Assembly: GCF_009914755.1 (NCBI RefSeq)
Contig: NC_060929.1
Origin: the human T2T-CHM13v2.0 reference genome, Homo sapiens
Strand: one strand, 5' to 3'
DNA: 64,000 nt
A program made the position numbers and the translations under genes. The notes beneath the pieces are model-generated. The model was given only the letters and a program-made list of their open reading frames with translations, was not told the DNA's origin and ran no database searches. Below, one piece after another: positions 14,619-28,462 of this stretch. The first letter of the stretch is position 1. Each line of letters begins with the position of its first letter.

Positions 14619-17600
14619 GTGCAATTGGCAAGTGGAGATTTCAAGCGCTTTAAGGTCAATGGCAGAAAAGGAAATATCTTCGTTTCAAAACTAGACAGAA
14701 TCATTCCCACAAACTGCGTTGTGATGTGTTCGTTCAACTCACAGAGTTTAACCTTTCTTTTCATAGAGCAGTTAGGAAACAGTCTGTTTGTAAATTCTGT
14801 AAGTGGATATTCTGACATCTTGTGGCCTTCGTTGGAAACGGGATTTCTTCACATTCTGCTAGACAGAAGAATTCTCAGAATCTTCCTTGTGTTGTGTGTA
14901 TTCAACTCACAGAGTTGAACGATCCTTTACACAGAGCAGACTTGAAACACTCTTTTTGTGGAATTTGCAAGTGGAGATTTCAGCCGCTTTGAGGTCCATG
15001 GTAGAAAAGGAAATATCTTCGTATAAAAACTAGACAGAATGATTCTCAGAAACTTCTTTGTGATGTGTGCGTTCAACTCACAGAGTTTAACCTTTCTTTT
15101 CATAGAGCAGTTAGGAAACACTCTGTTTGTAAACTCTGCAAGTGGATATTAAGACCTCTTTGAGGCCTTCGTTGGAAACGGGATTTCTTCATACTGTGCT
15201 AGACAGAAGAATTCTCAGAATCTTCCTTGTGTTGTGTGTATTCAACTCACAGAGTTGAACGATCCTTTACACAGAGCGGAATTGAAACACTCTTTTTGTG
15301 AAATTTGCAAGTGGAGATTTCAGCCGCGTTGAGGTCAATGGTAGAAAAGGAAATCTCGTCGTATAAAAACTAGACAGAATGATTCTCAGAAACTCCTTTG
15401 TGATGTGTGCGTTTAACTCACAGAGTTTAACCTTTCTTTTCATAGAGCAGTTAGGAAACACTCTGTTTGTAAAGTCTGCAAGTGGATATTCAGACCTCTT
15501 TGAGGTCTTCGTTGGAAACGGGTTTTTTTCATATAAGGCTAGACAGAAGAATTCTCAGTAACTTCCTTGTGTTGTGTGTATTCAACTGACAGAGTTGAAG
15601 GATCCTTTACACAGAGCAGACTTGTAACACACTTTTTGTGGAATTTGCAAGTGGAGATTTCAGCCGCTTTGAGGTCAATGGTAGAAAAGGAAATCTCTTC
15701 GTATAAAAACTAGACAGAATGATTCTCAGAAACTCCTTTGTGATGTGTGCGTTCAACTCACAGAGTTTAACCTTTCTTTTCATAGAGCAGTTAGGAAACA
15801 CTCTGTTTGTAAAGTCTGCAAGTGGATATTCAGACCTCTTTGAGGCCTTCGTTGGAAACGGGATTTCTTCATACTGTGCTAGACAGAAGAATTCTCAGTA
15901 ACTTCCTTGTGTTGTGTGTATTCAACTCACAGAGTTGAACGATCCTTTACACAGAGCGGACTTGAAACACTCTTTTTGTGGAATTTGCAAGTGGAGATTT
16001 CAGCCGCGTTGAGGTCAATGGTAGAAAAGGAAATATCTTCGTATAAAAACTAGACAGAATGATTCTCAGAAACTCCTTTGTGATGTGTGCGTTCAACTCA
16101 CAGAGTTTAACCTTTCTTTTCATAGAGCAGTTAGGAAACACTCTGTTTGTAAAGTCTGCAAGTGGATATTCAGACCTCTTTGAGGCCTTCGTTGGAAACG
16201 GGTTTTTTTCATATAAGGCTAGACAGAAGAATTCCCAGTAACTTCCATGTGTTGTGTGTGTTCAACTCACAGAGTTGAACTTTCATTTACACAGAGCAGA
16301 TTTGAAACACTCTTTTTGTGGAATTTGCAAATGGAGATTTCAAGCGCTTTGAGGCCAAAGGCAGAAAAGGAAATATCTTCGTATAAAAACTAGACAGAAT
16401 CATTCTCAGAAACTGCTCTGCGATGTGTGCGTTCAACTCTCAGAGTTTAACTTTTCTTTTCATTCAGCAGTTTGGAAACACTCTGTTTGTAAAGTCTGCA
16501 CGTGGATAATTTGACCACTTAGAGGTCTTCGTTGGAAACGGGTTTTTTTCATGTAAGGCTAGACAGAAGAATTCTCAGTAACTTCCTTGTGTTGTGTGTA
16601 TTCAACTCACAGATTTGAACGATCCTTTACACAGAGCGGACTTGAAACACTCTTTTTGTGGAATTTGCAAGTGGAGATTTCAGCCGCGTTGAGGTCAATG
16701 GTAGAAAAGGAAATATCTTCGTATAAAAACTAGACAGAATGATTCTCAGAAACTCCTTTGTGATGTGTGCGTTCAACTCACAGAGTTTAACCTTTCTTTT
16801 CATAGAGCAGTTAGGAAACACTCTGTTTGTAAAGTCTGCAAGTGGATATTCAGACCTCTTTGAGGCCTTCGTTGGAAACGGGTTTTTTTCATATAAGGCT
16901 AGACAGAAGAATTCCCAGTAACTTCAATGTGTTGTGTGTGTTCAACTCACAGAGTTGAACTTTCATTTACACAGAGCAGATTTGAAACACTCTTTTTGTG
17001 GAATTTGCAAATGGAGATTTCAAGCGCTTTGAGGCCAAAGGCAGAAAAGGAAATATCTTCGTATAAAAACTAGACAGAATCATTCTCAGAAACTGCTCTG
17101 CGATGTGTGCGTTCAACTCTCAGAGTTTAACTTTTCTTTTCATTCAGCAGTTTGGAAACACTCTGTTTGTAAAGTCTGCACGTGGATAATTTGACCACTT
17201 AGAGGTCTTCGTTGGAAACGGGTTTTTTTCATGTAAGGCTAGACAGAAGAATTCTCAGTAACTTCCTTGTGTTGTGTGTATTCAACTCACAGAGTTGAAC
17301 GATCCTTTACACAGAGCAGACTTGTAACACTCTTTTTGTGGAATTTGCAAGTGGAGATTTCAGCCGCTTTGAAGTCAAAGGTAGAAAAGGAAATATCTTC
17401 CTATAAACACTAGACAGAATGATTCTCAGAAACTCCTTTGTGATGTGTGCGTTCAACTCACAGAGTTTAACCTTTCTTTTCATAGAGCAGTTAGGAAACA
17501 CTCTGTTTGTAAAGTCTGCAAGTGGATATTCAGACCTCTTTGAGGCCTTCGTTGGAAACGGGTTTTTTTCATATAAGGCTAGACAGAAGAATTCCCAGTA

Positions 17601-20600
17601 ACTTCCTTGTGTTGTGTGTGTTCAACTCACAGAGTTGAACTTTCATTTACACAGAGCAGATTTGAAACACTCTTTTTGTGGAATTTGCAAGTGGAGATTT
17701 CAAGCGCTTTGAGGCCAAAGGCAGAAAAGGAAATATCTTCGTATAAAAACTAGACAGAATCATTCTCAGAAACTGCTCTGCGATGTGTGCGTTCAACTCT
17801 CAGAGTTTAACTTTTCTTTTCATTCAGCAGTTTGGAAACACTCTCTTTGTAAAGTCTGCACGTGGATATTTTGACCACTTAGAGGCATTCGTTGGAAACG
17901 GGTTTTTTTCCTGTAAGGCTAGACAGAAGATTTCCCAGTAACTTCCTTGTGTTGTGTACATTCAACTCACAGAGTTGAACGTTCCCTTAGACAGAGCAGA
18001 TTTGAAACACTCTTTTTGTGCAATTGGCAAGTGGAGATTTCAAGCGCTTTAAGGTCAATGGCAGAAAAGGAAATATCTTCGTTTCAAAACTAGACAGAAT
18101 CATTCCCACAAACTGCGTTGTGATGTGTTCGTTCAACTCACAGAGTTTAACCTTTCTTTTCATAGAGCAGTTAGGAAACAGTCTGTTTGTAAATTCTGTA
18201 AGTGGATATTCTGACATCTTGTGGCCTTCGTTGGAAACGGGATTTCTTCACATTCTGCTAGACAGAAGAATTCTCAGAATCTTCCTTGTGTTGTGTGTAT
18301 TCAACTCACAGAGTTGAACGATCCTTTACACAGAGCAGACTTGAAACACTCTTTTTGTGGAATTTGCAAGTGGAGATTTCAGCCGCTTTGAGGTCCATGG
18401 TAGAAAAGGAAATATCTTCGTATAAAAACTAGACAGAATGATTCTCAGAAACTTCTTTGTGATGTGTGCGTTCAACTCACAGAGTTTAACCTTTCTTTTC
18501 ATAGAGCAGTTAGGAAACACTCTGTTTGTAAACTCTGCAAGTGGATATTAAGACCTCTTTGAGGCCTTCGTTGGAAACGGGATTTCTTCATACTGTGCTA
18601 GACAGAAGAATTCTCAGAATCTTCCTTGTGTTGTGTGTATTCAACTCACAGAGTTGAACGATCCTTTACACAGAGCGGAATTGAAACACTCTTTTTGTGA
18701 AATTTGCAAGTGGAGATTTCAGCCGCGTTGAGGTCAATGGTAGAAAAGGAAATCTCGTCGTATAAAAACTAGACAGAATGATTCTCAGAAACTCCTTTGT
18801 GATGTGTGCGTTTAACTCACAGAGTTTAACCTTTCTTTTCATAGAGCAGTTAGGAAACACTCTGTTTGTAAAGTCTGCAAGTGGATATTCAGACCTCTTT
18901 GAGGTCTTCGTTGGAAACGGGTTTTTTTCATATAAGGCTAGACAGAAGAATTCTCAGTAACTTCCTTGTGTTGTGTGTATTCAACTGACAGAGTTGAAGG
19001 ATCCTTTACACAGAGCAGACTTGTAACACACTTTTTGTGGAATTTGCAAGTGGAGATTTCAGCCGCTTTGAGGTCAATGGTAGAAAAGGAAATCTCTTCG
19101 TATAAAAACTAGACAGAATGATTCTCAGAAACTCCTTTGTGATGTGTGCGTTCAACTCACAGAGTTTAACCTTTCTTTTCATAGAGCAGTTAGGAAACAC
19201 TCTGTTTGTAAAGTCTGCAAGTGGATATTCAGACCTCTTTGAGGCCTTCGTTGGAAACGGGATTTCTTCATACTGTGCTAGACAGAAGAATTCTCAGTAA
19301 CTTCCTTGTGTTGTGTGTATTCAACTCACAGAGTTGAACGATCCTTTACACAGAGCGGACTTGAAACACTCTTTTTGTGGAATTTGCAAGTGGAGATTTC
19401 AGCCGCGTTGAGGTCAATGGTAGAAAAGGAAATATCTTCGTATAAAAACTAGACAGAATGATTCTCAGAAACTCCTTTGTGATGTGTGCGTTCAACTCAC
19501 AGAGTTTAACCTTTCTTTTCATAGAGCAGTTAGGAAACACTCTGTTTGTAAAGTCTGCAAGTGGATATTCAGACCTCTTTGAGGCCTTCGTTGGAAACGG
19601 GTTTTTTTCATATAAGGCTAGACAGAAGAATTCCCAGTAACTTCCATGTGTTGTGTGTGTTCAACTCACAGAGTTGAACTTTCATTTACACAGAGCAGAT
19701 TTGAAACACTCTTTTTGTGGAATTTGCAAATGGAGATTTCAAGCGCTTTGAGGCCAAAGGCAGAAAAGGAAATATCTTCGTATAAAAACTAGACAGAATC
19801 ATTCTCAGAAACTGCTCTGCGATGTGTGCGTTCAACTCTCAGAGTTTAACTTTTCTTTTCATTCAGCAGTTTGGAAACACTCTGTTTGTAAAGTCTGCAC
19901 GTGGATAATTTGACCACTTAGAGGTCTTCGTTGGAAACGGGTTTTTTTCATGTAAGGCTAGACAGAAGAATTCTCAGTAACTTCCTTGTGTTGTGTGTAT
20001 TCAACTCACAGAGTTGAACGATCCTTTACACAGAGCAGACTTGTAACACTCTTTTTGTGGAATTTGCAAGTGGAGATTTCAGCCGCTTTGAAGTCAAAGG
20101 TAGAAAAGGAAATATCTTCCTATAAACACTAGACAGAATGATTCTCAGAAACTCCTTTGTGATGTGTGCGTTCAACTCACAGAGTTTAACCTTTCTTTTC
20201 ATAGAGCAGTTAGGAAACACTCTGTTTGTAAAGTCTGCAAGTGGATATTCAGACCTCTTTGAGGCCTTCGTTGGAAACGGGTTTTTTTCATATAAGGCTA
20301 GAGAGAAGAATTCCCAGTAACTTCCTTGTGTTGTGTGTGTTCAACTCACAGAGTTGAACTTTCATTTACACAGAGCAGATTTGAAACACTCTTTTTGTGG
20401 AATTTGCAAGTGGAGATTTCAAGCGCTTTGAGGCCAAAGGCAGAAAAGGAAATATCTTCGTATAAAAACTAGACAGAATCATTCTCAGAAACTGCTCTGC
20501 GATGTGTGCGTTCAACTCTCAGAGTTTAACTTTTCTTTTCATTCAGCAGTTTGGAAACACTCTGTTTGTAAAGTCTGCACGTGGATATTTTGACCACTTA

Positions 20601-23600
20601 GAGGCCTTCGTTGGAAACGGGTTTTTTTCCTGTAAGGCTAGACAGAAGATTTCCCAGTAACTTCCTTGTGCTGTGTACATTCAACTCACAGAGTTGAACG
20701 TTCCCTTAGACAGAGCAGATTTGAAACACTCTTTTTGTGCAATTGGCAAGTGGAGATTTCAAGCGCTTTAAGGTCAATGGCAGAAAAGGAAATATCTTCG
20801 TTTCAAAACTAGACAGAATCATTCCCACAAACTGCGTTGTGATGTGTTCGTTCAACTCACAGAGTTTAACCTTTCTTTTCATAGAGCAGTTAGGAAACAG
20901 TCTGTTTGTAAATTCTGTAAGTGGATATTCTGACATCTTGTGGCCTTCGTTGGAAACGGGATTTCTTCACATTCTGCTAGACAGAAGAATTCTCAGAATC
21001 TTCCTTGTGTTGTGTGTATTAAACTCACAGAGTTGAACGATCCTTTACACAGAGCATACTTGAAACACTCTTTTTGTGGAATTTGCAAGTGGAGATTTCA
21101 GCCGCTTTGAGGTCCATGATAGAAAAGGAAATATCTTCGTATAAAAACTAGACAGAATGATTCTCAGAAACTTCTTTGTGATGTGTGCGTTCAACTCACA
21201 GAGTTTAACCTTTCTTTTCATAGAGCAGTTAGGAAACACTCTGTTTGTAAACTCTGCAAGTGGATATTAAGACCTCTTTGAGGCCTTCATTGGAAACGGG
21301 ATTTCTTCATACTGTGCTAGACAGAAGAATTCTCAGAATCTTCCTTGTGTTGTGTGTATTCAACTCACAGAGTTGAACGATCCTTTACACAGAGCGGAAT
21401 TGAAACACTCTTTTTGTGAAATTTGCAAGTGGAGATTTCAGCCGCGTTGAGGTCAATGGTAGAAAAGGAAATCTCTTCGTATAAAAACTAGACAGAATGA
21501 TTCTCAGAAACTCCTTTGTGATCTGTGCGTTCAACTCACAGAGTTTAACCTTTCTTTTCATAGAGCAGTTAGGAAACACTCTGTTTGTAAAGTCTGCAAG
21601 TGGATATTCAGACCTCTTTGAGGCCTTCGTTGGAAACGGGTTTTTTTCATATAAGGCTAGACAGAAGAATTCCCAGTAACTTCCATGTGTTGTGTGTGTT
21701 CAACTCACAGAGTTGAACTTTCATTTACACAGAGCAGATTTGAAACACTCTTTTTGTGGAATTTGCAAATGGAGATTTCAAGCGCTTTGAGGCCAAAGGC
21801 AGAAAAGGAAATATCTTCGTATAAAAACTAGACAGAATCATTCTCAGAAACTGCTCTGCGATGTGTGCGTTCAACTCTCAGAGTTTAACTTATCTTTTCA
21901 TTCAGTAGTTTGGAAACACTCTGTTTGTAAAGTCTGCACGTGGATAATTTGACCACTTAGAGGTCTTCGTTGGAAACGGGTTTTTTTCATGTAAGGCTAG
22001 ACAGAAGAATTCTCAGTAACTTCCTTGTGTTGTGTGTATTCAACTGACAGAGTTGAAGGATCCTTTACACAGAGTAGACTTGTAACACACTTTTTGTGGA
22101 ATTTGCAAGTGGAGATTTCAGCCGCTTTGAGGTCAATGGTAGAAAAGGAAATCTCTTCGTATAAAAACTAGACAGAATGATTCTCAGAAACTCCTTTGTG
22201 ATGTGTGCGTTCAACTCACAGAGTTTAACCTTTCTTTTCATAGAGCAGTTAGGAAACACTCTGTTTGTAAAGTCTGCAAGTGGATATTCAGACCTCTTTG
22301 AGGCCTTCGTTGGAAACCGGATTTCTTCATACTGTGCTAGACAGAAGAATTCTCAGTAACTTCCTTGTGTTGTGTGTATTCAACTCACAGAGTTGAACGA
22401 TCCTTTACACAGAGCGGACTTGAAACACTCTTTTTGTGGAATTTGCAAGTGGAGATTTCAGCCGCGTTGAGGTCAATGGTAGAAAAGGAAATATCTTCGT
22501 ATAAAAACTAGACAGAATGATTCTCAGAAACTCCTTTGTGATGTGTGCGTTCAACTCACAGAGTTTAACCTTTCTTTTCATAGAGCAGTTAGGAAACACT
22601 CTGTTTGTAAAGTCTGCAAGTGGATATTCAGACCTCTTTGAGGCCTTCGTTGGAAACGGGTTTTTTTCATGTAAGGGTAGACAGAAGAATTCTCAGTAAC
22701 TTCCTTGTGTTGTGTGTATTCAACTCACAGAGTTGAACGATCCTTTACACAGAGCAGACTTGTAACACTCTTTTTGTGGAATTTGCAAGTGGAGATTTCA
22801 GCCGCTTTGAAGTCAAAGGTAGAAAAGGAAATATCTTCCTATAAACACTAGACAGAATGATTCTCAGAAACTCCTTTGTGATGTGTGCGTTCAACTCACA
22901 GAGTTTAACCTTTCTTTTCATAGAGCAGTTAGGAAACACTCTGTTTGTAAAGTTGCAAGTGGATATTCAGACCTCTTTGAGGCCTTCGTTGGAAACGGGT
23001 TTTTTTCATATAAGGCTAGACAGAAGAATTCCCAGTAACTTCCTTGTGTTGTGTGTGTTCAACTCACAGAGTTGAACTTTCATTTACACAGAGCAGATTT
23101 GAAACACTCTTTTTGTGGAATTTGCAAGTGGAGATTTCAAGCGCTTTGAGGCCAAAGGCAGAAAAGGAAATATCTTCGTATAAAAACGAGATAGAATCAT
23201 TCTCAGAAACTGCTCTGCGATGTGTGCGTTCAACTCTCAGAGTTTAACTTTTCTTTTCATTCAGCAGTTTGGAAACACTCTGTTTGTAAAGTCTGCACGT
23301 GGATATTTTGACCACTTAGAGGCCTTCGTTGGAAACGGGTTTTTTTCCTGTAAGGCTAGACAGAAGATTTCCCAGTAACTTCCTTGTGTTGTGTACATTC
23401 AACTCACAGATTTGAACGTTCCCTTAGACAGAGCAGATTTGAAACACTCTTTTTGTGCAATTGGCAAGTGGAGATTTCAAGCGCTTTAAGGTCAATGGCA
23501 GAAAAGGAAATATCTTCGTTTCAAAACTAGACAGAATCATTCCCACAAACTGCGTTGTGATGTGTTCGTTCAACTCACAGAGTTTAACCTTTCTTTTCAT

Positions 23601-26422
23601 AGAGCAGTTAGGAAACAGTCTGTTTGTAAATTCTGTAAGTGGATATTCTGACATCTTGTGGCCTTCGTTGGAAACGGGATTTCTTCACATTCTGCTAGAC
23701 AGAAGAATTCTCAGAATCTTCCTTGTGTTGTGTGTATTCAACTCACAGAGTTGAACGATCCTTTACACAGAGCAGACTTGAAACACTCTTTTTGTGGAAT
23801 TTGCAAGTGGAGATTTCAGCCGCTTTGAGGTCCATGGTAGAAAAGGAAATATCTTCGCATAAAAACTAGACAGAATGATTCTCAGAAACTTCTTTGTGAT
23901 GTGTGCGTTCAACTCACAGAGTTTAACCTTTCTTTTCATAGAGCAGTTAGGAAACACTCTGTTTGTAAACTCTGCAAGTGGATATTAAGACCTCTTTGAG
24001 GCCTTCGTTGGAAACGGGATTTCTTCATACTGTGCTAGACAGAAGAATTCTCAGAATCTTCCTTGTGTTGTGTGTATTCAACTCACAGAGTTGAACGATC
24101 CTTTACACAGAGCGGAATTGAAACACTCTTTTTGTGAAATTTGCAAGTGGAGATTTCAGCCGCGTTGAGGTGAATGGTAGAAAAGGAAATATCTTCGTAT
24201 AAAAACTAGACAGAATGATTCTCAGAAACTCCTTTGTGATGTGTGCGTTCAACTCACAGAGTTTAACCTTTCTTTTCATAGAGCAGTTAGGAAACACTCT
24301 GTTTGTAAAGTCTGCAAGTGGATATTCAGACCTCTTTGAGGCCTTCGTTGGAAACGGGTTTTTTTCATATAAGGCTAGACAGAAGAATTCCCAGTAACTT
24401 CCATGTGTTGTGTGTGTTCAACTCACAGAGTTGAACTTTCATTTACACAGAGCAGATTTGAAACACTCTTTTTGTGGAATTTGCAAATGGAGATTTCAAG
24501 CGCTTTGAGGCCAAAGGCAGAAAAGGAAATATCTTCGTATAAAAACTAGACAGAATCATTCTCAGAAACTGCTCTGCGATGTGTGCGTTCAACTCTCAGA
24601 GTTTAACTTATCTTTTCATTCAGCAGTTTGGAAACACTCTGTTTGTAAAGTCTGCACGTGGATAATTTGACCACTTAGAGGTCTTCGTTGGAAACGGGTT
24701 TTTTTCATGTAAGGCTAGACAGAAGAATTCTCAGTAACTTCTTTGTGTTGTGTGTATTCAACTCACAGAGTTGAAGGATCCTTTACACAGAGCAGACTTG
24801 TAACACTCTTTTTGTGGATTTTGCAAGTGGAGATTTCAGCCGCTTTGAGGTCAATGGTAGAAAAGGAAATCTCTTCGTATAAAAACTAGACAGAATGATT
24901 CTCAGAAACTCCTTTGTGATGTGTGCGTTCAACTCACAGAGTTTAACCTTTCTTTTCATAGAGCAGTTAGGAAACACTCTGTTTGTAAAGTCTGCAAGTG
25001 GATATTCAGACCTCTTTGAGGCCTTCGTTGGAAACGGGATTTCTTCATACTGTGCTAGACAGAAGAATTCTCAGTAACTTCCTTGTGTTGTGTGTATTCA
25101 ACTCACAGAGTTGAACGATCCTTTACACAGAGCGGACTTGAAACACTCTTTTTGTGGAATTTGCAAGTGGAGATTTCAGCCGCTTTGAAGTCAAAGGTAG
25201 AAAAGGAAATATCTTCCTATAAACACTAGACAGAATGATTCTCAGAAACTCCTTTGTGATGTGTGCGTTCAACTCACAGAGTTTAACCTTTCTTTTCATA
25301 GAGCAGTTAGGAAACACTCTGTTTGTAAAGTTGCAAGTGGATATTCAGACCTCTTTGAGGCCTTCGTTGGAAACGTGTTTTTTTCATATAAGGCTAGACA
25401 GAAGAATTCCCAGTAACTTCCTTGTGTTGTGTGTGTTCAACTCACAGAGTTGAACTTTCATATACACAGAGCAGATTTGAAACACTCTTTTTGTGGAATT
25501 TGCAAGTGGAGATTTCAAGCGCTTTGAGGCCAAAGGCAGAAAAGGAAATATCTTCGTATAAAAACTAGACAGAATCATTCTCAGAAACTGCTCTGCGATG
25601 TGTGCGTTCAACTCTCAGAGTTTAACTTTTCTTTTCATTCAGCAGTTTGGAAACACTCTGTTTGTAAAGTCTGCACGTGGATATTTTGACCACTTAGAGG
25701 CCTTCGTTGGAAACGGGTTTTTTTCCTGTAAGGCTAGACAGAAGAATTCCCAGTAACTTCCTTGTGTTGTGTACATTCAACTCACAGAGTTGAACGTTCC
25801 CTTAGACAGAGCAGATTTGAAACACTCTTTTTGTGCAATTGGCAAGTGGAGATTTCAAGCGCTTTAAGGTCAATGGCAGAAAAGGAAATATCTTCGTTTC
25901 AAAACTAGACAGAATCATTCCCACAAACTGCGTTGTGATGTGTTCGTTCAACTCACAGAGTTTAACCTTTCTTTTCATAGAGCAGTTAGGAAACAGTCTG
26001 TTTGTAAATTCTGTAAGTGGATATTCTGACATCTCGTGGCCTTCGTTGGAAACGGGATTTCTTCACATTCTGCTAGACAGAAGAATTCTCAGAATCTTCC
26101 TTGTGTTGTGTGTATTCAACTCACAGAGTTGAACGATCCTTTACACAGAGCAGACTTGATGCACTCTTTTTGTGGAATTTGCAAGTGGAGATTTCAGCCG
26201 CTTTGAGGTCCATGGTAGAAAAGGAAATATCTTCGTATAAAAACTAGACAGAATGATTCTCAGAAACTTCTTTGTGATGTGTGCGTTCAACTAACAGAGT
26301 TTAACATTTCTTTTCATAGAGCAGTTAGGAAACACTCTGTTTGTAAACTCTGCAAGTGGATATTCAGACCTCTTTGAGGCCTTCGTTGGAAACGGGATTT
26401 CTTCATACTGTGCTAGACAGAA

Positions 26423-28462
26423 GAATTCTCAGTAACTTCCTTGTGTTGTGTGTATTCAACTCACAGAGTTGAACGATCCTTTACACAGAGCGGAATTGAA
26501 ACACTCTTTTTGTGAAACTTGCAAGTGGAGATTTCAGCCGCGTTGAGGTCAATGGTAGAAAAGGAAATCTCTTCGTATAAAAACTAGACAGAATGATTCT
26601 CAGAAACTCCTTTGTGATGTGTGCGCTCAACTCACAGAGTTTAACCTTTCTTTTCATAGAGCAGTTAGGAAACACTCTGTTTGTAAAGTCTGCATGTGGA
26701 TATTCAGACCTCTTTGAGGCCTTCGTTGGAAACGGGTTTTTTTCATATAAGGCTAGACAGAAGAATTCCCAGTAACTTCCATGTGTTGTGTGTGTTCAAC
26801 TCACAGAGTTGAACTTTCATTTACACAGAGCAGATTTGAAACACTCTTTTTGTGGAATTTGCAAATGGAGATTTCAAGCGCTTTGAGGCCAAAGGCAGAA
26901 AAGGAAATATCTTCGTATAAAAACTAGACAGAATCATTCTCAGAAACTGCTCTGCGATGTGTGCGTTCAACTCTCAGAGTTTAACTTTTGTTTTCATTCA
27001 GCAGTTTGGAAACACTCTGTTTGTAAAGTCTGCACGTGGATAATTTGACCACTTAGAGTTCTTCGTTGGAAACGGGTTTTTTTCATGTAAGGCTAGACAG
27101 AAGAATTCTCAGTAACTTCCTTGTGTTGTGTGTATTCAACTCACAGAGTTGAAGGATCCTTTACACAGAGCAGACTTGTAACACTCTTTTTGTGGAATTT
27201 GCAAGTGGAGATTTCAGCCGCTTTGCGGTCAATGGTAGAAAAGGAAATCTCTTCGTATAAAAACTAGACAGAATGATTCTCAGAAACTCCTTTGTGATGT
27301 GTGCCTTCAACTCACAGAGTTTAACCTTTCTTTTCATAGAGCAGTTAGGAAACACTCTGTTTGTAAAGTCTGCAAGTGGATATTCAGACCTCTTTGAGGC
27401 CTTCGTTGGAAACGGGATTTCTTCATACTGTGCTAGACAGAAGAATTCTCAGTAACTTCCTTGTGTTGTGTGTATTCAACTCACAGAGTTGAACGATCCT
27501 TTACACAGAGCGGAATTGAAACACTCTTTTTGTGAAACTTGCAAGTGGAGATTTCAGCCGCGTTGAGGTCAATGGTAGAAAAGGAAATCTCTTCGTATAA
27601 AAACTAGAGAGAATGATTCTCAGAAACTCCTTTGTGATGTGTGCGCTCAACTCACAGAGTTTAACCTTTCTTTTCATAGAGCAGTTAGGAAACACTCTGT
27701 TTGTAAAGTCTGCATGTGGATATTCAGACCTCTTTGAGGCCTTCGTTGGAAACGGGTTTTTTTCATATAAGGCTAGACAGAAGATTTCCCAGTAACTTCC
27801 ATGTGTTGTGTGTGTTCAACTCACAGAGTTGAACTTTCATTTACACAGAGCAGATTTGACACACTCTTTTTGTGGAATTTGCAAATGGAGATTTCAAGCG
27901 CTTTGAGGCCAAAGGCAGAAAAGGAAATATCTTCGTATAAAAACTAGACAGAATCATTCTCAGAAACTGCTCTGCGATGTGTGCGTTCAACTCTCAGAGT
28001 TTAACTTTTCTTTTCATTCAGCAGTTTGGGAACACTCTGTTTGTAAAGTCTGCACGTGGATAATTTGACCACTTAGAGGTCTTCGTTGGAAACGGGTTTT
28101 TTTCATGTAAGGGTAGACAGAAGAATTCTCAGTAACTTCCTTGTGTTGTGTGTATTCAACTCACAGAGTTGAACGATCCTTTACACAGAGCAGACTTGTA
28201 ACACTCTTTTTGTGGAATTTGCAAGTGGAGATTTCAGCCGCTTTGAGGTCAATGGTAGAAAAGGAAATATCTTCGTATAAAAACTAGACAGAATGATTCT
28301 CAGAAACTCCTTTGTGATGTGTGCCTTCAACTCACAGAGTTTAACCTTTCTTTTCATAGAGCAGTTAGGAAACACTCTGTTTGTAAAGTCTGCAAGTGGA
28401 TATTCAGACCTCTTTGAGGCCTTCGTTGGAAACGGGATTTCTTCATACTGTGCTAGACAGAA
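26423..28462 (+). repeat. Local tandem duplication of a 1020-bp (6-mer) unit
   Basis: Variants TGAAACTTG, GCGCTCAA, GCATGTGGA and GTGCCTTCAA recur at +1020 (e.g. 26692/27712, 27301/28321). Confidence 0.85.
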
